Below, piece by piece: positions 20,801 through 58,343 of a DNA stretch of 64,000 nucleotides. The DNA is from Podarcis pityusensis (taxonomy: Eukaryota), in the NCBI GenBank assembly GCA_964106645.2, contig OZ067050.1; one strand, written 5' to 3'. The notes under the pieces were generated by a model that made no database searches, had not been told where the DNA came from, and saw only the letters and a program-made list of their open reading frames with translations. Numbering within the stretch: the first letter of the stretch is position 1; each line of letters opens with the position of its first letter. Both the position numbers and the translations under genes were made by a program.

Positions 20801-21375
20801 CAGTGCGTGGGGAAGCTATGGATGCACAATCAAGAATTCTGGATTTGCTGCGATGTGGGGGGCCTTTCTCCCCACCCGCCCCTCGTCCTGGGAATATTCA
20901 GCCACATCCTGAAGACACAATTTAGCCTCCGCTGCCGGGGCACCGCTCTCTGCCTCTCTCCATCTACAGATTGTGGCAACGCTGGGGGAAGCGGCTGACA
21001 ACCACCAGGGATGCAAAAAAACGATTGCCAACGTCACGTTCACAAGCTTCGGTGTCTCCATCCATTTGGCGGGGGATAGGAAACCACGATCTGAGGAGGA
21101 GGCCCCAGCCATGCTCCAGAGGGCATGAGTGCAACCTTCCGCCGCACAGTCCAATCTTCTGTGTCTCTGCGCTTGCAAGGTGGGTGGCAAGTCAAAGGCC
21201 ACAGATGACGACTGAGGAGCCTTCAGACTGCAGTTCGGTTTCTCCCAGTTCTAGCTTGCTGAGCCCCGGCAAACGCGCCGCCCCCCTGCCGCCTCCTCCT
21301 CCTCCCCTCCCCCTTTCCACCAGCCAATTCCCCCGTCTCCCTCCAGCAAAGTTTCCCTGTTCTCTCCCCATCGCC

Positions 21376-45405
<24,030 letters not shown>

Positions 45406-47109
45406 GGCGGCCGTGGAGGAGGCTGGGCTGCACCTTTGCCCTTCTCCTAAGGTGGGGAAACAGAGGTTAGCAAGCTCACCGAGGGTAAGACATGGTCTGA
45501 TAGGACACACAATGAGGCTACCTTCCTGAAGCTAAACATATCTAGGCCTGATCAGTGAGGGGACTGGACCCAGGGAGGGGCATCTAAGAACCTCATGTAG
45601 GTTGCCTTGAGTTCCTTAGTGGAAGAAAGGCAGGTTATAAAAATATATCAGACTCCCTACAAAAGGCCCATTCTTTTGCCAAATCAGCCAGGATGGGAAA
45701 TCTTCCACAGCTGCATCCAATCCAGTCACTGCTCATACAGGACATCCTTCACAAGAGAATCCAGGAGTTGCAAGTTCCCACCCACAAAAATAAGAGAAGT
45801 GGTGTAGAATGGTAATCAAGGAGAAGAATTTGGAGGGGGGGGGCACCAATGCCAGCAAATGGGGTAAGACTTCATAGAGATCAGAGAAGATATAGCTGTT
45901 TCTCTTCTTCATGTTGTGCTCCTGCTACACTAGCAGCAGCATACAATTGGGAACTGAAAATGTACTGAATTGGGGAACTGAATGCACCCGAAACTTTGCT
46001 TATCGCTAAGTTTTCCAACTTTTCTGCTCTAACCACAACAATATACCCTGGCAAGCAAATTTCTTTTAGAAAATAAATTACAGGCCCCAATTGTTCCTAA
46101 GAAACCTCAGGAGTATCTCCCTGAGATACAATACACTCTGACTCAGAGCACACTTGTCCCTGCTGCTTTCCCAACTAAAATAACCTCCATGACTTGCTCC
46201 TTCTAAGACAGGATGAAGGTTCTTGCTGGGTTTTCCCTCTTCAGTGTGGAAGGACTGAACATGCTTCAGCTCCACAGACTTGCATGCGCAGTGCCACCTT
46301 CCCCTTGCAGTGGGCAAAGACCTGCATGTACAGCAGCCACATTCTCACAAAGAATTGCCTCAGCTTAATAAACTTCTTTCTTGCTTTAGTTTCCCTTCTG
46401 CTCTTGCTGAAAGTCAGGTTAGGGAGGAGGAAGAAATTAACAAGATCTTCTTTAAAGACTACTTCTTTGATGGCAATTATTCCCAAGGATGTATATACAA
46501 AACCAAAAAGAAATAATCAAGCCCAACCCTTCCAAGGTTGCTTTTGTGATTTGGCTATCTTGTGCTGCTTTCCTTAACAATTCTTTCTAGAGCAGGGATG
46601 GATGGGGACACATGGACCTCCAGAGGTTGCTGGCACCCAAACCCCTATCAGAATAAGCCAATGGTTAGAAATAATGAAAGTTAAATAGTCCACCACCATC
46701 TTGAAGGCCACAGGTTCCCCATTCCTTTTTTTGGGTAAACTGAGGTCAGTCAGTTGTGAGGGGCTGAAGGGAATTATGGGGACATGTAGCAAATGAGACT
46801 TTTGAGAGGCATGCCTGAGATTTTACTGGGCTTGGTACAGGAGAAGTGGACTAGGTAATTTCTTTCTTTCTAAGCTTTTATACCTGCCCTTCTCCAATAG
46901 GTTCCAGGGTGGGTTACAGTATTACAATATACTATTATAAAAACAGTTAAGACCATTGCAATGATAATAATAACGTAGTAAATCCTCTCTGAACGGAACA
47001 GAACAGTATAAATCCAACAAAAGTTCAGTCCCCAAAAAACAAAGGCCAGGGCAAAGAGGTGTGTCTTTTACATACAGCGAAAGCTGTCCAATGAAGATGT
47101 TGCACACAA

Positions 47110-47330
47110 CACTGTGGGGAGGGAGTCCCACAATTTAGAGGCTGCCACAAAGAAAGGCCTCTCCTGGGCCACTCTTCCCCACACTTCTGAGGATGAGGAT
47201 ACCAAGGGAGCCCCCTCAGTCGATCGTAACACTCAACAACTTTGGAAGCGGTGGAGGCAGTCCTTCAGATATTTGGGGCCTGAGCTTTTTAGGGCTCGCT
47301 AATGTGATCACCCTGAACTCGGCCCAGAGA
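47110..47330 (-). mobile_element. L2 LINE fragment
   Basis: GGGAGGGAGTCCCAC...AGAAAGGCCTCTC...TCCTTCAGATATTTGGGGCC, reverse of L2 ORF2 C-terminus. Confidence 0.55.
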
Positions 47331-49339
47331 CCAATAACCCTGTACACAGGAAGCATGGACAGTACAGAAGTTGCTTAATCCTTATTAGTCCTCAAAGAGG
47401 TGCTCAGAGCTGTTCACCACCTGGAAAATATCACCTCCATCATACAATTTTATGTTAAAAGCTAACCATCCACATATGAAACAGTTGCATGTCACTATGT
47501 TGAAATGTTTTACCTGCAACACACTGCCCCAATTGGTACATCTATGGAGTTTATTTTAATCAAGGTCTTTAAGATTAAAAGATGCAGGTGGCACAGAAGT
47601 AAAAAAAGGGGGGGAAAGAGCAGAAATACATTTCAGATTGTAAGCCTGCAGGCAGGGGCTGTCTTGCAAGCTATTGTATGCAAGCCACTCCAGGAGACTT
47701 TTAGGTTGAAGAGCGGGGTACAAGTGCTCTAAATCAATCAATAAATTCTATGGCAAGATGACCCATACTTCTTGATGTGGCATTATAGCGTACAAGAGGC
47801 TGAAGCTTCTATAAGAGAACAGAGACAAATCCAGGCAGCCTAGATTCTAGCTCTGAACCCTACATCAAACAACTCAAATTTCCAGACATACCAACCTAAA
47901 TTCCCTGGGAGAGATCCTTCAGCAGGAGAATGTGTTTGCCGCTTGCAGTAGCTGCAACCTATGACCCTACACTAAATGGGAAGACAGGTGGACAGCCATG
48001 CTGCCTCCCACCCTGGCCCAAGGGAGACACTCCTAACATGGGTACCCTGCTTCCCAGAGGGGGAACCTCACTATTTTGGAGTCTATGCTTAATGCAGGTA
48101 TAAGCCACTATTCTGACCTTATTGCTAATCACACCCTGGCAGGCTGGGCACTCTTCATCTTTGCTCAACACAAAAGGCAAGAAAGAGGTCTGTAAAAGTT
48201 GGCACCAGCTACTCCCCCCCCCCCCCGATACCACCTCTGCAGGCTGCAAAACTCCACAGTGATCCTTTGCAGGACTCCATCAGCTGAATGAACCAGCAGG
48301 GTATTCATATAGGCTAAAACATCTTGTATGTCTGGACTGTGGATCCATTCCTTGCCCTTGACATTAGTCAGCTGGATGTAACCCCCTGGAGTCTTTGCCT
48401 ATGGGAATGGGTCAGGCCAGGCTGGCTAGATGAACATTAGAAAAACAAGGCCCGTGGCCTTTGCCTTTTGAGGAGCACCAACCTGCATCTAAACCCCGTT
48501 TGCCAAAACAAGTTTCTTGGGGTACCTCTTCACCTTCTGGGATGGGCAGAGCTCATTGAACCAATTCCCCTCCTCCACCCAATGAACAGAAAAACAAGGA
48601 AATCAAGAGCCTGCAGGCAGGCCATGTCAGCGAGAGGAAATCCTTGCATTGTTCAGTTGCTTCCCAGGGAACAATCCAAAGCAAAAAGGCAAATCACAAG
48701 GCCAGCCTGGCAGCAGTAATGCGGGTGGGAAGGCATCCTTCTGCTGTACCTCACTTCACTAAGCAGTGCACAGAATTTAACCTCTCAAGTTTGGTTTTGA
48801 GGTTCCAGGCTAACGTCAACGGAACAGGGTTATACAATGAATTCAGAGAAGTCATCTAGGGCTACTCCTTACACAGAAAGAAATGCTCCCTGCAGCATAA
48901 GCTGTATCGACTGCAAAAAGGATCTGCAAAAGTAGATCAGGCTCTCACCCAACATGGAACAGTAGACCTGCTTTCAGGTCATCATCAGCAGGTCTGGATG
49001 TCACATTTGACCCAAGATGTGCAGACTAAAAGTGGAACCAGTTTATAGGCCTGTGACTCTTAAAGAGCCGTGCAAGATTTTGCTGCTTCTGCTGAAGCTT
49101 TGGGAGGCTGCAATTAGACACAGAAAGCAGCAGTTACCATTTGCCAGCATACTTCTATGCCACTTTTCCAGTAGTTCTCATGGCACTTACATGAATGCAC
49201 AAGACACTTCCAATAAACACAAAAAGAATATATAATCTTTAATTATTGTAATATAACTATTAAAAAGGACCTGTGCTAGAGGGTTAAGAGCACTCCTGAA
49301 GGCAGGCTTAAGGATTTCTTCTCAACTGCAGAGTGTAAC

Positions 49340-49683
49340 ACAGGGGTGGGGAACCTCAGGCCCCTCAGGCCTCTCTATCTGGCCCTCAGAACTTTCCCCA
49401 GGCATTCCCCTCTCCCCAGGCAACAGCTCTCACTGGCCCTGCTTGACTGCCTGTGTGTTTCTGCCCGGCTGGAAGGTGTCTTTGAACTCTGATAATGCCT
49501 CTTGCTTGCCTGGATGGCAGAAAGAGAAAGGGGAGTGTGAGTTTTTCGTAGAAACTAACCTACTGTTCAAAGGTTGTTCTGCCCGCTTTTGCCTCCGTCC
49601 CTGTGCACCACCAGCATGTGACCCTCAGAAGGCTCCCTAGAAGGGAAAGCAGCCATTGGGCTAAAAAAGGTTCCTCATCCCTG
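49340..49683. mobile_element. hAT-like MITE
   Basis: TIRs CAGGGGTGGGGAACCT / AGGTTCCTCATCCCTG. Confidence 0.65.
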
Positions 49684-52600
49684 CTGTACCGGATAAGCAC
49701 ATTTGGAAAGGAGTTAACCACCCAGGACAAACAATACACCTTGCCTTTTCTATAGCATGTGCTTTGGCTCACTTGCTCAATCCAGCTACAGTGAGTTATG
49801 AAAATTAGTCAGGAAGCTCTGACACAGGACCTGCTGCCAGTTTCAACAATCTGCTTGCAGAACACGCTACCCAGAATGACATTTGCCAAGGGAGGGTGGA
49901 CGGACATGTTGTAAAAAATTAAGTGTCTATCCAAAGGCTGGGAGATGGACCCTTGACCTTAATGGCTTTCCAGCTACTACAGTTTAGAGAACTGCAGATA
50001 GTGATCCTGAATTCTTCTGTTCATTTTCACAAACTGAGGATGTAACTTGAGGATCTCCTGAAGAAAATGCACCTCATATGCCTGGATGGCAAAGAGGGGT
50101 ACCAGATTTCTGACAGGGAGTAGCAACAAGCTGGGGATGCCAACATGCCAAGTAGGTTGACAATGATGGGCTCAACTGTGCAGGAAAAAGGAACAAAAAT
50201 GCATTACCTAGTATACCAATGTCCACCCCAAGTGATTGCCACTGTACCCCATCTACTATTAAGGGTTTTTCCTCAAAAGCTGCTGGGATTGTTATGTGTG
50301 CTTGGAAAGCCAAAATTGGTGAGGTTGCTTCTACTCTATTTTACCACCTGAAATATATCAAGCATTGAGCTGTTTACACTGCATTCTTTAAGATACAGAG
50401 ATTAAGGTAAACAGAAGAACTAAAAGAACAGCCTGATTATTCTGGGTTTAATCAGTGAAACAATATACAGTGAAAGCTGGTTAGGGGAAAGTCTTAAGAG
50501 AAGTGGTCAGGAGGCCTCAGGCCTAACTTGGCAATTAAAGCTAGGTAACTTATGACAGCAGACACTTGGCAACAGTGAAATGTAAAATCCTAAGGCAGAC
50601 TTTCCACAAACATAAAGTCATTAAATTGCAGGTGAAAACAGATACACTAGGAGATGGTAGCATTAGGCTGCTGGAGTCCCATTAAAAAGTGAAGAACATA
50701 TAAACTCCATCAGGTTCTCCCTATTGCAAAACATCATCAGTGGTGGGGATATGGAGCAAGGAAGAGCCATCTGAACCTAGAGAGGAAGGGGGCAGAATTA
50801 TCCAATACCCACAGGTTGGCTTTAAGTATTTGAAAGCGGGATAGTGCCACAGTTGTGGCACATGTGGATCTTTCCACACACCCAAAATCAAGAGGCCTAA
50901 AGATCACCTGCCTGCAACACTGGAAGCCACAACGTCTGGACTGGTCCCAATCTCCAAATGTTAGCCACTGTCCTTTGTGGTAGTGGCAGAGAAGCAAGTT
51001 GTGGGTTTTCTTTCTTTCTTCACTGGCCCAGTAAATGCTTTTAGACAGCACCTTGTGCCAAATACCACCAATGGGCAATGAAATACTATCACAGAATGAA
51101 AGAAAGGACAAACTCTGGTCCAGTTTGTTGAACTTACTCAGGGGAGGCCGCTGCACCTCCACAAAGGGCTTCTGATCCCTTCTCCTTACTTAAGCCTCCA
51201 AAATATCCACACGTAGCCCATTTGGATAACCTCTTGATAGAAACCTAGGAAACGCATTAAAGCTCCAGCCACAAAACAGCAGAAGAGCTGCCCTTCACCT
51301 GTTGCTGCCCTCTTCATATTTGCTGGCTTTGCACTGCAACTACAAGGATTATAAAGTGCTTATTAAAAATTATGGCAGCAATTTCTATATTTAATAGATG
51401 TATATCCTATCTTTTTTCCATCATGGAACTCAAGTCCCCAGGCACTCTTGCCATCCAGGAACTAACCAGGCCCAGACCTGCTTAGCTTCAGCAAAGCTAC
51501 AGCATCCTGGGTCCACAGAAGCACATCTCTGTTCTGTTACTGCTTCCTAGTCCTTGCTTCCCAGGCAGCACAATCCTTTGAATGTTTACTCAGAAGCAAC
51601 TCCTACAGTGCTCAATGGGGTTCATCTCAATTAAGTATACAGGGTTACAAATCATACAGTGCCATCCTACACGCCTACTTAGACCTAAGCCCTTCTGAAT
51701 TCAATGGGGCTTACTCCAGGTAAATGGACTCCAGCCTTAAAGTCTCTTTCCTAAATATTATGAAATACCCTGTCCTGGCCTCTTTCCTTTCAGAGGTTCT
51801 AGGATGCTTTCATTCCAGGGGGTCTTCTCCCCCGCACTACCAATTCCTTCTGTGCTGGAAGAATACAGGGCTTACTGAGTAACCTGTGGGTAACTCAGAA
51901 GCAAGCCCTAGGGGTTGTATTCTACCACAACAGCATGACAGAAAATAATGCTTTGAGAACACAATGCAGTCATTTCCAGAGATTTTGCTGCAACCATTAG
52001 AAAACTATTTTAAGAAAGAATTGGAAGGAGTTCAGTTACCTTAACAAATGCCCTTCGCCGGCTGGAAGAAAATATTGCATTTGTCCAGACTACTGAGGTG
52101 ATTTAGTTTTGCATACCCTGTCACATATGTTAAGCCCATGGAAAGGCCTGTAGTCATGAGACGTACATAAGACAAACTCTCACCAAACCAGATTCAACTG
52201 AAAACTAAAGGCAGAAAACAAGACTGGTGTTGGATGTTATAGAAAGCACTTCCACTTTTCGCAAGTCCTCCATAGTGTCTAAAGGGGAACTTTTGTATGT
52301 GTTGAGGGGGTGGGGTGTGCGTGTGTGAAAGAGAGAAGTTCTAATCGTATCTCAAGCTTCTACATGTGTCCTTTCAGACATTCCTCTGCTTGCCAGCTCT
52401 TCTTAACAACGTATTCTCTGACAAAGGACAAGATCAAAGTTAGAAACTTTGGGCTGTTAAATTTATCTGACCAAAGAGTGTTACCAATTATTATTTTATG
52501 TCACACCGTGGTGAGATGTGCAAAAAGAGGCAGCCTCTTAAGACAGAATCAGCAGCCACAAATATAGAAACAATTCCACCTCCCCTAAGTAGTGCCTGGG

Positions 52601-55599
52601 CAAGAGGGGTAGGATGCTTTTATTCTTAGTCTGGGTTGGCTTGTTTGCAGTCCTTTGGCTCAAAGCAACACTTTTGTTACACCATCATAATCATCTTTTT
52701 AAAAAAACATCTGAATATTCCAGGATAAAACTTCTCTCATGATGACATGTCCAGCTGAAAGGAGGCTCATGATTCTGTTTTAGATTACTGGAAGTAAGTG
52801 TATTATAATCAAGAACATAGGTGGGGGGAATCCAGCAAAGGAAAAATCCTAAATGCTCATTGAGAAGTCATGCTCTTTGTAGCAACAGGGGCAGAACCAG
52901 GGTTTTAAATGGACATGTGTATTAGAGGAATGGGGCTGCAATTCTAACCTCACTTACATGGGAATAAGCCCCACTGAACTCAACAGGACATGTTTCCAAC
53001 TTGTCACAGAAGTGTGCTGTAAGTCAGAGAAACTGGAAAAAGTGTTGGTTCTTTTCCTTTCTTTTGAGCTCTTGATATAATTGAAATGACCGAATAAACA
53101 TATGTGGACAGATTAGTAACTTTGGGGCATTCATTTGCAAGGCTGTCCCCAACTAAACAGACTAAAATAAGAGTGTTACTGGTCACAAGAGAAAATCAGC
53201 TGGGTTAAAAGTCTGAGGAACTCCTGTCAACAAAAGAAAAGCAATTTATCCCATTATCTTGGTGGCCAAGTACTTCAGAAAGAGCCTTCAAAAAAATATC
53301 AAAGGAAAAGCTTTGTCAAAAAGCAACCAAGTAGATACTGGGCCCCATCTTGCATGATAAAACTACTGCCTATTAGGACAGTGGATGGAGGAGCCCCAAA
53401 AGCAACATAGCTCTCAAGGACTCTTACTCATCCTTGATAGAAGCATGCCACACAAAACCTTTCCTGAAACCTTCTGGAATGATGTTCAAGCTACGATGAA
53501 AATTGTTGGATGCACACCACAAGAAACACCCCTTATTCTCAGACTCATTTTAAATTCCTACCTTAAATTGGTATGTCCCAGAGAAATGCGCAATCCCTTG
53601 AGGCGGTAATATTCCCAACTCCCGTTTTTTGACCCAGGTCAAGCAGCAATACAATCCATGAAAGTGGAGGTCTTGAAACTTGTGTGCTTTGTGTTAATGG
53701 GCTTGATAAACATGCCATCATTCATTAATTGATCTTCTGAGATGTGACATGTACAGAAATCTAGACTGCTGAAGACCTCTTCTTTAAAGGTACTAGCCCC
53801 CATTTTTCTAGAGAGATATCTGAAAACAACCCTGGGTGGGCAGGGGGAGAGAAACAGACAACTGCCATTGCTCAAGGAATACAGTACTGGTTTTCTCATA
53901 CCCCACTGCTTATAGATACTGCCTCCTAACAGCACCTTCACACCACCAAGTACTAAATAATGCTCAATTTACCTAAAACTCTGAATTAAATGTGAAACTC
54001 CTGCATATTAACAGAATTGAATTTTTTGTACAGTGTTATATTGAATGCTGAATTTTATTTTCCTCTCTGTGGAAAATGGGTTTCTTTGACATTAAATCCT
54101 TTTCTGGTTTCCCCTCAGAATACAAAAAGAGCAGGCCCAGTGGGAAGTGGTCCCTGTAGCTTAAAAGGATGTCAAATTGAACACCATCCAGCATTTATCC
54201 TCCTTCCATTCATCCTCCTTCCTTCCAAGTGGTCATGTTAAACCTCATTACTCTGCAGTATCTGTGTGAAGCACCCCTGCAACCAAATACAGTCCCACCA
54301 TGTCTTCCTCCTAACCCATTAAAAACACACATACAAAACTTTTGGCAGCGTGCTACATTAAAATCCAACCCCAGACCACAAGCCAAGGGCAATCATCCCA
54401 TTTCCCCAAAATTCACTCCTGGTTGCATGCTCAATATTTACAACAAAGTTTCAGCCTGAATGATGATTCCTAGGGAAGCCAACAGTAGTCCATCATGTTA
54501 ACCTACCTTGATAACACCTACATCCCCAATCTTGTCATCAAATATTTAAGGGCATAAAAACAGGCCTCTAGGTTTCCTTAAAAGCTGAACAAGACCTAAT
54601 GGAGAGGAACAGGACTAGGAGCCAGGGGCTCTTAGTTGCATAGTCAAGAAATGAGTCTAGCAGTCATAGTGAGATGCAATTGCTAGGTTGCAAAGGAGGT
54701 TTTTGGGAGGGATGGGGGTGGTGGTGTCAGCTTTTATTCTCAATAAAAAGAAAAGGATTTGAGGTGGCAGAATGAAAACCCAGGATCCATGTTCTGGTGA
54801 ACAGAACTCCTGGCTTCTCCAGAAGAGAGAAGTGGGGCCCAGATGTGGCAGGGGAAAGCTGCAAGTTGCTACTCCTTCATTAAGCCTTTAGAAGAAGAAA
54901 ATGAGTTCGGGGTGGGGTGGGAGGGCGTGTGCTTCTCAACATAGGAGGCATGATTGTTGGGGGAAGGCGGGGGAAGCAGACAGAAAGAAAATCGGATTTC
55001 CACAAAATTGGTGCATACAACCTCTTTGTTCTGCAAACGTTCACCTTCTGTTATCTTCCCAGCCTCCCCACACCACCACCAAAACACACATCCCTTCACC
55101 TCTCCCCTGTATCAGTACGTTCAGGTCTCACCTGTAAGCCTCGGCAGCTGCCTTGATACTGTTCCCCTTGCGGCTCCAGCTCCAGGATATTGGGGGTGGG
55201 GAGTACACCCCCGACCTCCTCCTCCTCTTCCCCAACTCCTCCAATCAAGGAAGAGGGTTTAGAGGGAACTGTCACTGGCTCCCCTGGACGAGGGAGGCCT
55301 CTGCGTAGGAGACATAGGGCACCTAGAGTATCTCCCTCTCTCTGGCTTGGCTAGGGAAGAAAGGATCCGCAGAAGCGAAGACGTGCAGGGGGCTCTACTT
55401 AAAGGGGAAGGATGGGGGCATCCCTTTGAAAAGGTGAATGAGGAGTCTCCCAGCAGACCCAATTCTACGGAGACTCTTCAGGGCGGTGGGGGGGGGGAAA
55501 GGGAGGAGAAGAGAGAATATCCCAATTTAGAGGAGGGGAAATCTCTCTCAGACAAGAGGCCCTACCGACAGACGACTCTTTGGGAAGCCTATTAAGGGA

Positions 55600-57300
55600 A
55601 GGAAGACGCGGGCTAAGTGGGACGTCGCAGCCCCTGTCATATATTTCAGGTGGGGTGTGCTATAAAGGACCCACAGGTAATGGATGCGGAGGGGACTCAG
55701 GCTTGCCCCTCCGAAGCGGAACGCGCCACCGCCCTCACGGGGAAACTGGGGTGGGGGGTCAGGAGGGGCCGGGGCGGGGCGGGCGGACGGGGGCGGGCTG
55801 GTCCTCCAGGAGCCCCAGAAATCCTCCAACGTCCAGGGAGCCCTGCGGGGCGGGGGGCTGGGGGAAGGGAGGGGCTACCTCTCTACGGCAGAGGGTGGGG
55901 TCGGTGATGTGGAGTACTGTGGGGATGGGGGGCCTGGCGCTATCCGGCCCCCCCTCCCCTCTCTCGCCTCCTCGGGCTCCTCTGCCTTCTCACTCACTCA
56001 CTCACTCCAGTTGTCCCCAAATCCAAGATGGCGCCTAAGGCAGGAGCCAGACCGGAACCAAGGCAGAGAGAAGCCTGGGCGCATGCGCAGAGGCGGCGGC
56101 GCGCGGCGGAGGAGAGGGCGCACGCGCAGTGAGCCGTGGGAGGGAGCCGGGAGAAAGCCGCATGCGCCGCGGACTGGACACGCGCCGAACGCCTTTCCGA
56201 AGCCAAGGAACGGCCGCATGCGTAGAGCGGAGCGGAGACGTAGCGTACGACTTGCGCCTTGGTAAGGGCGTTCTGGAGAGAGAGAGAGAGAGAGTTAACC
56301 GAGCATGAGCTGTGAGGAAACAAGGTGTTGCTGAATGAGACACAGCGCATGTGCACTAATAAAAGGGAGCGAGCGAGCGAGCCGAGTCGTTCGCGAGGGC
56401 CCAGCGTTCATTGGGTTGCTGCGGCGTTGATGGGCGGAACTGTGGCGTTCCTTGACAATACGAAGAGAGTGCGGGCGGATGTCTGGAACCGGGCCTAGGG
56501 GCGAGCAAGCCGCGCCGGGCTTGGAGGAGGCGGGGCTTCGGGAAGGGCGAGGGCAAACAAGGAGGTCGGCGTTCTGGTTGGCTGAGAGGGGAAAGAGCTG
56601 TTTAATGAAAGGAGTCCGATTGGGACGGCACATGCCCTCCAACCAGTGTTGATTGGGACAAACGGTGGAGGCGGGATGTGATTGGTAGCTTGGCCTTGTT
56701 GGGGGCGGAGCTTCTGGCGCTCAGCTGTTACTGGGGCAGGATTCCGAAAAAACAGGCGCGCGCGCATAGGAAACAGGCGAAGGGACGACAGCTGTCGAAG
56801 GGGAGGGGGAGGAATAAAGGACGCTGTGGGCGACCGTTAAAGCGTCACTGAACGAGCGCGCGGGCCCTCGCCCGAACCCCTCTGGAGGAGGGCGGGGTCA
56901 GGCTCCCCTCACTCGACGGAATGTTCAGGTGCCGCGCGGTTTCCCTCGCCTTATATGGGAACAGCAGCACCTTGGCACCTGCGCAATTGGGACCAAGGCG
57001 AGCTATAACCGCCCTTTCTCAAGGGGGCGGCGGCGGAATAAATCGTACGCCCTTTTGGCCGTAAATTTAAACCCCCCCCCCCAAACAAGCAAAAATGAAA
57101 AGGCGGCAAAATAGAAACACTCCAAAAAATCTTCACAAAACCGAAAGGCTCTACCTGCTCTGGAACAACCCCCTCCCCACAGTGTCACGTGATTTGGCCT
57201 CGCTTGTTGACTCCGCGGATGCTAATGCAGCACAGCCTGTACATTGTTAAGCCCGGTGACGTCTCGGACACTGATTGGCTGGGCTGGTGCATTGGCTGGG
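55600..57300 (-). promoter_or_regulatory. TAOK2 CpG-island promoter and non-coding exon 1 (exon ends at about 56006)
   Basis: CpG-rich; NRF1 GCGCATGCGC 56079-56088 plus variants; YY1 CAAGATGGCG 56024-56033; CCAAT boxes at 56410, 56619, 56652, 56681; donor GGA|GTGAGT. Confidence 0.85.
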
Positions 57301-58041
57301 ACAGTTCAGAGCAGATCGTGGTCCACCTTCTGTGAGGAAAAGGGGGTTGGTTGGTATTCATTAATACATCGCAGGGGAATGGTTGAAGATTGTGATGGCC
57401 CTGAGAGGAGGTAGAGAAGCTAATGGACAGGGAGCCCCAAGGCAAGGAAGCTGAATGAAGGGGCAGAGTGGAGAAAGTGGCTTCTTTTTTCAACGCAGAT
57501 TTTTTTAAAAAATTAAGATGTTAATGTATTGTTACAATAGCCCGGTGCCTGCCCTCCCTCCACCCAGCAGTGGCCAGAGCACTTGCGGCCAAAGGCACAC
57601 ACACAGGGTCTGTGTCCCTTTGGAGAACAGAAGACACGGTGGAGACTGTTGTGCTTTAAGAAAGAGGGTTTATTCGCCTATTTACACCTTCAGTCTGCCT
57701 GAAGGGAGTCCAGATTTTACAGCATGGTCCACAGCAGTGCAGGAGACTCTTTCATCTCCTTCTCCAAGATGGATCTCAGCCTTACTTCCTCCTCCTACCC
57801 CCGGGGGACACCCCCCCAAAGTTCTATAACACCATGTATTTGTTTTTTTATTAAAATATTGTAAGTCACTTTGCGTTCCCATGGCAAAAAAGTAACTAGT
57901 TGATTTAATAAATAAGAAAAAGGAGGAGGAGGAGCCTGGAGGTAGGGGAAGAAAGAGGGAATTGAGACATGAAAGGGCAACAAGGATAAGATGAGTAGAA
58001 TTTTATGTGGCAGATGGAAGGAGAAATAGAGTGATCTAGAA

Positions 58042-58343
58042 CAGTGGTTTCCAAACTTCACATCCGTGGTCTACTTGAAAACTGCTTAGCATCTTGGTGG
58101 ACCACTTAATGGTTTTTCTGCTTGTTTAGCAACTGTAATACACTGTGCATTACAATTTTATAGAATTCAAACTGTAATACAATATAATACAATACAACAC
58201 GGAAGAAATACAATTAAAATCAATATGAGTATTTAATGCAATGGATATGCCATCTCTTGTTTTCGGTAGCCACAGATCATGCCATGGATCACCTGAATGA
58301 AGTGTGTGTGTGTGTCCCGTGAAGTGCAGTTTGGGAACCCCTG
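58042..58343. mobile_element. hAT MITE with intact 8-bp TSD
   Basis: TIRs CAGTGGTTTCCAAACT / AGTTTGGGAACCCCTG; TSD ATCTAGAA on both sides. Confidence 0.88.

Noticed and set aside
55580-56767. Arg/Gly/Pro-rich ORFs around TAOK2 exon 1
   Set aside because: CpG-island composition artefact
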